A DNA stretch of 64,000 bases from Candidatus Kerfeldbacteria bacterium (GTDB taxonomy: Bacteria; Patescibacteriota; Patescibacteriia; UBA9570), in contig JACPGK010000008.1 of NCBI GenBank assembly GCA_016182495.1, positions 2,870 to 66,869 of the forward strand, written 5' to 3'. Numbering within the stretch: the first letter of the stretch is position 1; each line of letters starts with the position of its first letter. Below, piece by piece: positions 44,392 to 54,190 of this stretch. The translations under genes were made by a program, and so were the position numbers. Below the pieces are notes generated by a model. The model had not been told where the DNA came from and made no database searches. It worked only from the letters and a program-made list of their open reading frames with translations.

Positions 44392-45504
44392 ATGCGAGTA
44401 TTGATGATTGCTCCCACCCCGTATTTCTCGGATCGCGGCTGTCACATTCGCATTTACAATGAAATTGAAGCCTTACAGACGACTGGCCATAGCGTGGTGT
44501 TGTACACCTATCACTTAGGTCGCCAAGTTGGTTCTGCTACCATCCAACGCTCGGTAGCAATACCATGGTATAACAAAACCACTGCCGGACCATCGTGGCA
44601 TAAACTGTACCTCGATGTGTTACTGTGGTGGAAAATCATCACCACCGTGCGGCGCGAACACGTGCAGCTGATTCATGCTCACTTGCATGAGGGGGCTTGG
44701 ATTGGTTGGTGGGTAAAATTATTCACTGGCTTGCCACTGATTTTGGATGCCCAAGGCAGTTTAGTAGCCGAGTTAGATTCGTACGGCTGGTTACAGGCTG
44801 GTTGGCGACGGCGCTGGTTTGTGATGATTGAACGCTGGATTGTACATCACGTTGATTATATTTTTGTCAGTTCAACGACACTACTGCAACAGTATAGCGA
44901 ACGCTGGCCAAAACTTACCGAAAAAATGACTGTGCTAGCCGATGGTATTCTGCCAAGGCAGCCTATCAGCCAGATTGCTAATTCAGCTTTAGCACGCACT
45001 GTTATTTACACTGGTGGATTAACAGCCAGTAAGGGAATCAACGATCTGCTTCGAGCGATTCCTTTAGTTGTAGAAAAAATTCCAGCAGTGCGGTTTGTCA
45101 TCATCGGCTATCCTGTACCGCAGCCATTACCAACTAATCTACCAATTGATTGGGTTGGACAAGTAGATTATTTCACCTTGAGTCGTTACCTGGCTAACGC
45201 TCAAATAGCTGTAGAGCCAAAACCGATGAACAGTACAGAAAGTAGCGGTAAATTACTGCAATACATGGCACATGGTTTAGCAGTGGTGGCATTTTCATCG
45301 AGCCATAATGCCGCTACTTTGGGTCAGGCTGGCCTACTGGCTACCACCCAATCAGCCGAGGCGTTAGCTGAACGGATCATTTGGTTGTTACAGCATCCTG
45401 AACAGACAACCGCTTTAGGCCAAGCCGCCCAACGCCGGGCGCAAAATTTTAGCTGGCTGAAAATAATTGTTCAAGCAACCACAGTGTATGAACAAATGGT
45501 CTAG
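44392..45504 (+). CDS. GT4 family glycosyltransferase
   Basis: GT-B fold: IHAH, YTGGL..KG, KLLQYMAHGLAVV, FSW. Confidence 0.88.
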   Translation: MRVLMIAPTPYFSDRGCHIRIYNEIEALQTTGHSVVLYTYHLGRQVGSATIQRSVAIPWYNKTTAGPSWHKLYLDVLLWWKIITTVRREHVQLIHAHLHEGAWIGWWVKLFTGLPLILDAQGSLVAELDSYGWLQAGWRRRWFVMIERWIVHHVDYIFVSSTTLLQQYSERWPKLTEKMTVLADGILPRQPISQIANSALARTVIYTGGLTASKGINDLLRAIPLVVEKIPAVRFVIIGYPVPQPLPTNLPIDWVGQVDYFTLSRYLANAQIAVEPKPMNSTESSGKLLQYMAHGLAVVAFSSSHNAATLGQAGLLATTQSAEALAERIIWLLQHPEQTTALGQAAQRRAQNFSWLKIIVQATTVYEQMV

Positions 45505-46873
45505 TATTTGGCTAGTAAGCGGTGAATTGATTAGTCGAGCCTTGGCCTTTATTGTAGTAGTGCGAGTCGCTAATTATCTTGGTGCTACCGCCTATGGTGA
45601 ATTGAGTTATGTATTAGCGATGGCTAGTGTATTAGTTATCATCGCTGATTTTGGTTTAAGTACTTTTGTGGTTACGCACGTATCACGCCATGATGATGAT
45701 CGCAGTATCTGGTTGAGTCAAGTATTCATCATAAAAGGTTTGCTCGGTATCGGCATGGTACTGTTAGCAGTAGTGGTTGGCCTAGTTTTGCCCAATGTAT
45801 CGTTGCTGTTGATGGTGTTGGCGGCTGGTGCCATTTGGCTCAACAACTCGCGGATGTTTATTGAAGCCTGTTTCCGAGCTTATCAACGTATGCCATTGGA
45901 AACATTCACAAAAATACTGGCCGCTGTTATCAGTCTGATCATTATTTCTCTTGGCGTATATTGGCAGACGAATGTACTAGGTTTAATTATCACCTACGTC
46001 ATCGCCGCGGTATTGGGTACCACTGCTGCCGGATTGGTGTTAGTATTGAAAGTCACTCGCCTACAGTTCGTGTGGTCAAAAAAAAGCTTTCAGCAAATTA
46101 TTATGGCCAGTTGGCCATTTGCCATCAGTATCGCTTGCAATTTTTTATTTAATTACGAAGACGCTGCTTTACTTGGTATATTTAAACACACAACGGCCTT
46201 AGGCTGGTATACCGCAGCCTATAAACCTATTTTTGTCATCACAGCCTTGGCTGGTATGATTATTAATGCTTTTTTACCAACCATTGTCACTGCCTATCAA
46301 CAAAACAACACTACTTGGCGAACCACCATTCAACAATTGTTCGCTACCAATATCGCTTTAGCCCTGCCACTAGCTGCTGGCGGTACTATCATTGCTCAAC
46401 CGTTGATTGGACTACTGTTTAAAGCAGATTTTGCCCCAGCCGCTTTGGCTTTTCAGATATTAATTTGGGGTACTGCTACAATTTATCTATGGGCCGTGTT
46501 TGGCAATAGCTTACAAGCCATTGGTCAAGAATTAATCTACACCCGTGCCTTTGGTTGGGGGGTATTATTAAATACCGGGCTTAATCTGGTGCTGATTCCC
46601 ACCTGGAGTTTGTATGGCGCAGCCCTGGCCACAGTAATAACCCAATTATTTTTACTAGGTTATTTGTATTATTTTTTCCGCAAACATATCAAAGTACCGG
46701 TGTGGTTATATAGTTGGCGGCCACTGATAGCCACTGCAGTAATGGTAGTGGTGCTGCAATTAGTACCGGCTGATTTGTGGTGGCAAATTGGATTAGGTGT
46801 GATAACGTACGTTGTGGTACTGTACTGTGTAGGTGGTTTAACTCCAATGCTATGGCCAAAGTCGCCGTCTTAA
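45488..46873 (+). CDS. Wzx-type oligosaccharide flippase
   Basis: About 12-14 TMs, YLG..YG, ADFGL, GWYTAAY, LNLVLIP...LYGAALAT. Confidence 0.9.
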   Translation: MNKWSSIWLVSGELISRALAFIVVVRVANYLGATAYGELSYVLAMASVLVIIADFGLSTFVVTHVSRHDDDRSIWLSQVFIIKGLLGIGMVLLAVVVGLVLPNVSLLLMVLAAGAIWLNNSRMFIEACFRAYQRMPLETFTKILAAVISLIIISLGVYWQTNVLGLIITYVIAAVLGTTAAGLVLVLKVTRLQFVWSKKSFQQIIMASWPFAISIACNFLFNYEDAALLGIFKHTTALGWYTAAYKPIFVITALAGMIINAFLPTIVTAYQQNNTTWRTTIQQLFATNIALALPLAAGGTIIAQPLIGLLFKADFAPAALAFQILIWGTATIYLWAVFGNSLQAIGQELIYTRAFGWGVLLNTGLNLVLIPTWSLYGAALATVITQLFLLGYLYYFFRKHIKVPVWLYSWRPLIATAVMVVVLQLVPADLWWQIGLGVITYVVVLYCVGGLTPMLWPKSPS

Positions 46874-47697
46874 TTTTAAACTGGAATGGTTGGCAGTGGA
46901 CCGAACAAGCGATTCGGTCCGTTCAGGCAAGCCGTGATGCAACACTTGATATTGTAGTGCTCGATAATGGCTCTATCACCAATGAAGCTGTTGTATTAAA
47001 AAAAATCTTTCCGGCCATTACTATTGAGCGCTCCGAAACCAATTTAGGCTTTGCTGGTGGCAATAATTATCTGTTTAAAAAACTACTGCCAGATAATCAC
47101 TACGATTTCTTTCTACTACTCAATCAAGATGCTACGGTTGATCCAGCCTGTATTGCCAGGCTGGTAGCCTATAGTCAAAACCAACCCCGAGTAGCGGTAG
47201 TTGGGCCAACCGTATACCAATCGAATAGTCGTGTTATTCAATCCGTTGGTGCTGACATTAATTTTTTTACCGGTAAAGTGATCAGTCGCTACCGTGGTGA
47301 TACTACTCCCCCAGCCCAGCCAGCCGTGGTGGCTAGCGTGATTGGTAATTGTTGGTTGGTGCGTACAGCCGCTTTGCAAGCCTTAGGGTATTTTGACGAT
47401 CGCTATTTTGCCTACTACGAAGAAGTAGCCTGGTGTGTGCGAGCTAACCGAGCCGGTTGGCAGTGTGTGGCGATACCTGCAGCCAGCGCCTATCATGCTA
47501 AAGCTGGTGGTTTTCGGACCTATTGGAATGTGCGTAATATGATTTGGTTTGAACGCCAGTATGCCAGTGGCTGGCAACGGTTTTATTTTAGAATCTATTT
47601 TTGGGTAAAGTTTTTTCCTGAACGCCTGGTAAAAGGTTCGCCCTGGAAAGAATTATGGCGAGCCAGCCGCGATGGTTGGCTAACAACTTTATCGTAA
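46852..47697 (+). CDS. GT2 glycosyltransferase (rhamnosyltransferase-like)
   Basis: ILNWNG, DNGS, NLGFAGGNN, LLNQD, FAYYEE. Confidence 0.88.
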   Translation: MAKVAVLILNWNGWQWTEQAIRSVQASRDATLDIVVLDNGSITNEAVVLKKIFPAITIERSETNLGFAGGNNYLFKKLLPDNHYDFFLLLNQDATVDPACIARLVAYSQNQPRVAVVGPTVYQSNSRVIQSVGADINFFTGKVISRYRGDTTPPAQPAVVASVIGNCWLVRTAALQALGYFDDRYFAYYEEVAWCVRANRAGWQCVAIPAASAYHAKAGGFRTYWNVRNMIWFERQYASGWQRFYFRIYFWVKFFPERLVKGSPWKELWRASRDGWLTTLS

Positions 47698-47701
47698 AAG
47701 T

Positions 47702-48589
47702 ATGATTTCAATTATTATACCAGTATATAACGACCGCCGCATTAGCCAATGTATTGCTGCGTTAGAACGGCTGCATTGGCCAAAAACCGATTATGAAATT
47801 ATTGTGGTTGATAATGCCTCGGAACCATGGCTAAAACCCTTAGTCACTGCTACCAGTGCTCGTTATAGTACAGAGCCACAACCAGGATCATATCGCGCTC
47901 GTAACACTGGCATGCGGCAGGCGCGTGGTGAGGTGTTGGCTTTTCTCGATGCCGATTGTGTGGCTGCACCAAATTGGTTACAAACTATTACTACAGCCTT
48001 ACAACAGTACGATGCGGTGTTAGGGTTAGCCAGTGGGGCGAATCAACAAAAACTGGCCATCGTAGAACAACGGCTGTATGAACAGATTGTGGCGGCGTTC
48101 ACTGCCCACTTACCGCTACGGCGAATCGATACGCGTAATTTTGCTATGCGCCGCACTGCCTACGAAAAAATTGGCGGCTTTAATGAAACGCTATTGTATG
48201 GCGGTGATATGGAATATGGCGCGCGTTTGCATCAAGCCGGTGTGCCCATTGGGTACAGTGCCGCCATGATAGTACAGCATGATCATCCAACTGATTTGCC
48301 TAGTTTGCTTAAAAAACGCGTTCGCCAAAATTATGGCAATATGCGAATTCTAGAAATCCATCATCAACCATTTATTCAACAGTATTTCCCACAATTACTA
48401 CGGTATCACCGCAGTTGGTTTAATACTATACTCTGGTATAGCCTGCGTAGCTATGCTGCCTGCACTTTTCCGATAGCACAAGTCATCATCACCCTGTTGC
48501 CATTATCACTGGCTTTTTATTTTTATAAAATCCAAACTGCCGTAGCGGTGCGCCTTGGCCAACTACACTATGTCTACACCACGTCTTAG
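47702..48589 (+). CDS. GT2 glycosyltransferase
   Basis: IIPVYN, VDNAS, ARNTG, FLDADC, GGFNE..GGDME. Confidence 0.88.
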   Translation: MISIIIPVYNDRRISQCIAALERLHWPKTDYEIIVVDNASEPWLKPLVTATSARYSTEPQPGSYRARNTGMRQARGEVLAFLDADCVAAPNWLQTITTALQQYDAVLGLASGANQQKLAIVEQRLYEQIVAAFTAHLPLRRIDTRNFAMRRTAYEKIGGFNETLLYGGDMEYGARLHQAGVPIGYSAAMIVQHDHPTDLPSLLKKRVRQNYGNMRILEIHHQPFIQQYFPQLLRYHRSWFNTILWYSLRSYAACTFPIAQVIITLLPLSLAFYFYKIQTAVAVRLGQLHYVYTTS

Positions 48590-49490
48590 TATTTTAATTT
48601 TATCGTGGAATGCCCCGCGGCATATTACCGCCTGCTTAGATAGTTTGATGGCGGCCACTGCCACTGGCGACGTTGAAATTATTGTGATCGATAACGCCTC
48701 AAGTAATCAGCTGGCTCATACACTGCGGCAGCGTTATCCAGCGATCCGCCTAGTGTGTAATCAAACGAATGTTGGCTACGCCTTGGGTAATAATCAAGCT
48801 TACCAATTAGCTCGCGGCCACTATAGTATGTTACTCAATCAAGATACGGTGGTAACGCCAGCAACGGTGCAGCAACTGATCAGCTTTTTAGATAGTCATC
48901 CTGGCTATGCTGCTGTCACACCAGTACTGCGTAATCCTGATGGCAGCCTGCAGTACTACATGCATCGCCGTTGGCCTACAGTTACTGGCCTACTATTGGC
49001 GTTGCTGCATAAACGCTGGCCTCGCTTTCAACCCAAATTGGTGCAACGCTATCTGTATTTAGATCAAACTTGGCAGCAAGATTTTGATATCGAACAAGCG
49101 GCCGGTGCCTGCCTAATGCTGCGACGTTCGGCCATTGTAGAACTAGGTGATTTGTTCGATGTCCGCCATTTTCCACTGTACTATAATGATGTTGATTTAT
49201 GTTATCGCTTAGCCCAACATCATCAAACTATCCGCTGCTTAACCACGGCCTCAATTGTACATGATAAAGGCACTAGTGTGCGCACCCTACCAGGAACCTT
49301 CAATGCGTTAGAATACGCCTACGCCTCGCTGTGGTTTTTTAAAAAGCATGGCCAGTGGTTTGATTTTTGGCTGTTACGTTTAGCCTATATTACCCTATTT
49401 ACTATCCTAGTGTTGTTTCGACCAGCGTATTATAAAGCCTGGCTGACAGCCGTTACCCTGAAGTATTACGGAATATTTCCGGTAAAATGA
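48570..49490 (+). CDS. GT2 glycosyltransferase (WbbL-like rhamnosyltransferase)
   Basis: ILSWN, IDNAS, NVGYALGNN, LLNQD, GACLMLR, YYNDVDLC. Confidence 0.88.
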   Translation: MSTPRLSILILSWNAPRHITACLDSLMAATATGDVEIIVIDNASSNQLAHTLRQRYPAIRLVCNQTNVGYALGNNQAYQLARGHYSMLLNQDTVVTPATVQQLISFLDSHPGYAAVTPVLRNPDGSLQYYMHRRWPTVTGLLLALLHKRWPRFQPKLVQRYLYLDQTWQQDFDIEQAAGACLMLRRSAIVELGDLFDVRHFPLYYNDVDLCYRLAQHHQTIRCLTTASIVHDKGTSVRTLPGTFNALEYAYASLWFFKKHGQWFDFWLLRLAYITLFTILVLFRPAYYKAWLTAVTLKYYGIFPVK

Positions 49491-50947
49491 TATACCACCA
49501 CCAAAGCATCATTAAACTCGGGATGCTTGTGAAAATATTTTTTGGCATATAGTTTAATATCTTCGCGTATATGACGCTGATTGGGTTTGTTATAAATCAG
49601 CCACCCCCCGTGCTGACCAGACCGAGCTAAATCTTTAAAATCCTGTAACGATAAACTCTTATACCCACCTAATTTATACAGCGGCACAGATCGATTGGGC
49701 CAATAATAAAACCGGGGACCTTGAATTAACACAATCTCACCGGGTTGAATTTTTTCAGCCACGGCTTGGTAAACGCTACGCATATCAGGGTAGCCTAATT
49801 GGCTAGCCGATTGATCAGCTAACGCCTGACCAAATACCCCTGGTAAGGTGAGAACGGGACCAGTAATAATAAAGGTAGCCGCTACTACTACAGTTGCTAG
49901 CCAGCGCCAGCGCCGTAACTGTCGCCACACCAGTTGCAGTACCCAATACCAGCCGGTAGCGACCACTACATACACCAACGGCACAATAAAGCCAATGTAC
50001 CGTTGCGCTTCCCAGCGATGACTGAAAAATACAAAGTATGTCAGCACGACAATTACAATCATTGCGGCCATACCAGTAAAACTACGCCCAGTACGACTGA
50101 TCACACACCCCAATACAAACCAACCAGCTGCTAACCACGGCAGTAGCCAACTCGAAAATAACTGGGTAGCATACGTCCAGTGCGGTTGTTCACGTATAAT
50201 GACTGCATCCAGCGGCAAAAATCTCCACCATAGTTGATCAAGTGTGATGAGGCTAGCCACCAGCAGCAGCCCCAACCCAGTGGCCCAAGCCCAGGCAATA
50301 TCTTGAACGTGTCGCTGCCCTAAAAACAGTATGCCCCGACACAGTACATATACTCCGATGCCAGCTAGTAAGGCGAGCGTTAATTCTTTGAACACTAACC
50401 AATGCACTATGGTACTTACTATAAATCCACCCAGGTATATATAGCGCTGCCGACGCTGTGACCAGGCTGACAAAAATTGATACAAGCAATACACCATCAA
50501 AGTACTGAACACAATCACCATGGTATACATTCGCACATAGCGTGATAACCCAATCATCAAAGCATCAAAAGTGACTAACCAACTAGTCAATAGCGCAATC
50601 CACGGATTACCAGTCACTTGGCGCACTATAAAAAAAAGTACTGGTACTAAGGCTACGCCCCACAGCAAGGCTGGTAAGCGAGCGGCGGCTTCATTGATAC
50701 CAAACGCTTGCATACTAACAACCACCTGCCAAATAAATACAGCTGCCCGAGTATAGGGCTTAGCCACAGTAGCATGGTAAAAATCATAGCGGGCGTACTG
50801 GCCAGTGGTGATCAATCCGACGGCTGTTTCGAATTGTAAATACTCATCATGATAAAAATTAACCGCTCCTAAATTGACGGCTCGTAACCATAATGCCAAG
50901 CTGGTAATAAAGATAATGGCCAATGTTTGCCCAGATAGACTTTTCAT
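49466..50947 (-). CDS. GT-C (ArnT/PMT, GT39/GT83-like) membrane glycosyltransferase
   Basis: LR..NLG..FYHDE motif after TM1, FG.NE.AARLP, SRYVRMY, RY in late loop; multi-TM. Confidence 0.85.
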   Translation of the reverse strand: MKSLSGQTLAIIFITSLALWLRAVNLGAVNFYHDEYLQFETAVGLITTGQYARYDFYHATVAKPYTRAAVFIWQVVVSMQAFGINEAAARLPALLWGVALVPVLFFIVRQVTGNPWIALLTSWLVTFDALMIGLSRYVRMYTMVIVFSTLMVYCLYQFLSAWSQRRQRYIYLGGFIVSTIVHWLVFKELTLALLAGIGVYVLCRGILFLGQRHVQDIAWAWATGLGLLLVASLITLDQLWWRFLPLDAVIIREQPHWTYATQLFSSWLLPWLAAGWFVLGCVISRTGRSFTGMAAMIVIVVLTYFVFFSHRWEAQRYIGFIVPLVYVVVATGWYWVLQLVWRQLRRWRWLATVVVAATFIITGPVLTLPGVFGQALADQSASQLGYPDMRSVYQAVAEKIQPGEIVLIQGPRFYYWPNRSVPLYKLGGYKSLSLQDFKDLARSGQHGGWLIYNKPNQRHIREDIKLYAKKYFHKHPEFNDALVVVYHFTGNIP

Positions 50948-50988
50948 GACTTTTCAAGTATAATCGACAAGGTTATTTTACTCAAGCT

Positions 50989-52584
50989 ATGGCAAATAAA
51001 GCAGTCATTATTGGATTAGATGGTGCTACCTGGCAATTGTTCGATACTCTGCTGGCCGCTGGCATCATGCCTAATCTACAACGCATCATTCGCGGCGGTA
51101 CGCGGGCGGTGTTACGTTCCACCATGCCGCCGTACACTGCGCCAGCCTGGACCACCTTTGCTACCGGTGTCAACCCAGGCAAGCATGGCTGTTACGATTT
51201 TTTATTACCAACCGACAATTTGGAAAATTTTGATTTATGTAACAGTAACCATATTCGTACTGCTACCATCTATGAATTACTGCATCAGGCTGGCAAACGA
51301 TCAATCTTAATTAATTTACCAAATAGTTATCCGCCCAAGCTATCTAGTCCAACCATTACTGATATGCTGACCGTGGGAGATAATTGCGTTTTTCCGGAAA
51401 CTTTAAAAGCTCGCTATCCTGAATTACGGCGTTATCGGCTAGCACCCGATGAATCACTACAGGTCAAAGGTAAGCTCACCGAATATATTGATGATATTAT
51501 TGCGGTAGAGCGCGATCATATGGCTGTTGTCAAAACGTTGTGGCAGCATGAACCCTGGGATATGTTTTTTTATCTGTTTTCATCAACTGATTGGATTTCA
51601 CATGCCATGTTTAATCAGTTGTTGGAATTGCATCCTAAGGCTATGGAATTGTTCAAATTTATTGATGACCAGTTGGGTTGGTTTTGTGATCAGTTGCCGC
51701 CTGATGCCAATTTATACATTTTGTCCGATCATGGTTTTAAAGTGTACCACCATACTTTTTACTTTAATAAATGGCTTGAACAACAAGGCTACCTGGTTAC
51801 TCGCCCGGCGGCGGCTGATAGTTTTCACCAAAATATTAGCAAACAAGATGATCAACGCAGCAGTTTACAACAGCATAAGCGCTGGCATATTGGTATTAAT
51901 CAAACTACCTTGCACTGGCTAAGCCAGGTAAAACCAATTGAACGAGCGGCTCGCTGGCTATACCATCATGTTGCCAAACCGTTTTTACCAATCCGGTTTA
52001 GTTTGGATGTGACGATTGATTTCAGTAAAACCAAAGTCTGTTTTCCCAAAGGTCGTACCATGACCGCCATTTACATTAATGATGGTCGTAAATATCGTCA
52101 CGGACAACCCTTCACTGAAGCTGATTACTTGCAGTTGCGCGCGGCTGTGGCTAAAAAATTAGCCGCTGTCAAAGGGCCAGATGGCCAACCAGTTACTCCG
52201 CGAGTGTATACCAAAGAAGAAATTTATGGCACAACAGTACCAGAGCGTTGCCCCGATTTATTTTATGAATTTGGTGACTATTGGTTTGTCGGTCAATTTC
52301 ATTCTAGTGAATTATTTGTTAAGGAATTATCCAATAAACATGACCCGTTCGGTATGTTTGTAGCCTATGGGCCCACCATTAAAGCTGGCGCTCAATTACC
52401 CGAGCAACCGATCGCTGCGGTCACAGCGACAGTACTGCATGATTTGCAACAACCACTCCCACAGTATTTCGATGCCAAGGTGATGGATATTTTTACCCAA
52501 CCACAGCCAGTGCGTTACAGTAATCGAGCATTGGTGAATGAACATCAGGCTGTAACTGAACTAATCAATGAATTAGTCGTATGA
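50989..52584 (+). CDS. Alkaline-phosphatase superfamily protein (type I phosphodiesterase/NPP-like, COG3379-like), paralog 1
   Basis: IIGLDGA, PPYTAPAW (Thr50), TGVNPGKHG, TDWISH, SDHGF, NKHD; no signal peptide. Confidence 0.88.
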   Translation: MANKAVIIGLDGATWQLFDTLLAAGIMPNLQRIIRGGTRAVLRSTMPPYTAPAWTTFATGVNPGKHGCYDFLLPTDNLENFDLCNSNHIRTATIYELLHQAGKRSILINLPNSYPPKLSSPTITDMLTVGDNCVFPETLKARYPELRRYRLAPDESLQVKGKLTEYIDDIIAVERDHMAVVKTLWQHEPWDMFFYLFSSTDWISHAMFNQLLELHPKAMELFKFIDDQLGWFCDQLPPDANLYILSDHGFKVYHHTFYFNKWLEQQGYLVTRPAAADSFHQNISKQDDQRSSLQQHKRWHIGINQTTLHWLSQVKPIERAARWLYHHVAKPFLPIRFSLDVTIDFSKTKVCFPKGRTMTAIYINDGRKYRHGQPFTEADYLQLRAAVAKKLAAVKGPDGQPVTPRVYTKEEIYGTTVPERCPDLFYEFGDYWFVGQFHSSELFVKELSNKHDPFGMFVAYGPTIKAGAQLPEQPIAAVTATVLHDLQQPLPQYFDAKVMDIFTQPQPVRYSNRALVNEHQAVTELINELVV

Positions 52585-54188
52585 CCAAAGCTGTTATTAT
52601 TGGTTTAGATGGTGCTACTTGGCGCTTACTTGATCCCCTGCTGCAGCAAGGTCGTTTACCAAATTTGCAGTATCTGATTGAGCATGGTGTTCGTCGCACG
52701 CTAATTTCAACCCGCCCCCCAGTAACGGTACCGGCTTGGACCACTTTTGCCACTGGAGTGCACCCTGGTAAACATGGCTGTTACGATTTTTTTCTACCGG
52801 GAAAAAGTATCCGCGACTTTCGACCAGCCACTAGCCAAGAAATTAAAGTACCAACGTTATACGAATTACTGCACGATCAAGGCAAAAAAGTAATTTTAAT
52901 GAACCTGCCCAATTCGTATCCACCGCGCGTACCAGCGATGACTATGGTATCCGATTTCATGACCATTGGCGATCAAGCCGTTTTTCCCGCCAGCCTGTTA
53001 GAAAAATATCCGGTGCTTAAACGTTATCGCTTATCGCCCGATGAGCGCCTAAAATTAACGACCGATAACGATGCATATATTCAACACATTATTGATTTAG
53101 AAAAAGATCGTTTAGCTGGCATGAAGGAATTATTTATTCATGAACCTTGGGATATATTCTTCTTTTTGTTTTCCTCAACTGATTGGGTATCGCATTTAGT
53201 ATTTTACGATATGCTGACACAGCATCATCCAACCGCCTTGCAAGTGTTTGATGTGGTAGATGAATTTTTTGGTTGGCTGCGACAACAATTACCAGCCGAA
53301 GCTAATTTATATATTATGTCCGATCACGGTTTTACCTATTATACTGAACTGTTTTATATTAATCGCTGGCTGGAACAACAAGGCTACTTGGTGACTCGAT
53401 CTGGTGCCGGACAATTAGAACAAGATGCTACCGCTCGGCGGCGCAATTTGGCAGCGGCGCGAAGCCAGCGCAGGCGTTGGCGAATTTCAAAACGATGGCT
53501 GAATATATTATTTTTTCATCCAGTGATTGAACGAACCATGAAGTGGTGTTACCATCATATTGTGAAACCATTTTTTCCGGTGCATATCACTGTTGATGTG
53601 GGCATTGATTTAGATAAAACCAAAGTGTGTTTTCCGCGCGGTAGTATGTTACAAACCTTGTACCTCAACTATCAAGGTAATTTTAAAGAGGGCCTCATTA
53701 CCGATCGGACAGAATACGATCGTGTACGGCAAGAGGTGAAAGAAAAATTAGAAGCTCTGTACACACCGTCTGGTAAGCGCGTCACCGAGCATGTCTATAC
53801 CAAAGAAGAATTGTACGGTAACCAGCCACCAACGCCATCGCCGGATTTACATTGTGTCACCAAAGATGTTTGGATTGTTGGCCATTTACATTCAAAAGCT
53901 ATTTTTGAACAGGCAATATCGAATAAACACGACGAATTTGGAATTTTTATCGCCTATGGGCCGGATATCGTGGCTGGTGAACAACTGGCCGAAGCCAATA
54001 TTGCTGATATCGCGCCTACCATTTTGCATCAATTCAACAGTTTGATTCCAAGCTATACCGATGGTCGGGTGCTGTTGGATATTTTTCAAAACCAGGCTGA
54101 ACCAGCCCAGCGACCAGTGCGTTTGAGTCAAATTGAACGGTCTGAAAAAACTCAACTCAATGAATTAGTCGACAATTTGGTAATTTAA
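52581..54188 (+). CDS. Alkaline-phosphatase superfamily protein, paralog 2
   Basis: IIGLDGA, PPVTVPAW (Thr49), PGKHG, TDWVSH, SDHGF, NKHD; no signal peptide. Confidence 0.88.
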   Translation: MTKAVIIGLDGATWRLLDPLLQQGRLPNLQYLIEHGVRRTLISTRPPVTVPAWTTFATGVHPGKHGCYDFFLPGKSIRDFRPATSQEIKVPTLYELLHDQGKKVILMNLPNSYPPRVPAMTMVSDFMTIGDQAVFPASLLEKYPVLKRYRLSPDERLKLTTDNDAYIQHIIDLEKDRLAGMKELFIHEPWDIFFFLFSSTDWVSHLVFYDMLTQHHPTALQVFDVVDEFFGWLRQQLPAEANLYIMSDHGFTYYTELFYINRWLEQQGYLVTRSGAGQLEQDATARRRNLAAARSQRRRWRISKRWLNILFFHPVIERTMKWCYHHIVKPFFPVHITVDVGIDLDKTKVCFPRGSMLQTLYLNYQGNFKEGLITDRTEYDRVRQEVKEKLEALYTPSGKRVTEHVYTKEELYGNQPPTPSPDLHCVTKDVWIVGHLHSKAIFEQAISNKHDEFGIFIAYGPDIVAGEQLAEANIADIAPTILHQFNSLIPSYTDGRVLLDIFQNQAEPAQRPVRLSQIERSEKTQLNELVDNLVI

Positions 54189-54190
54189 TT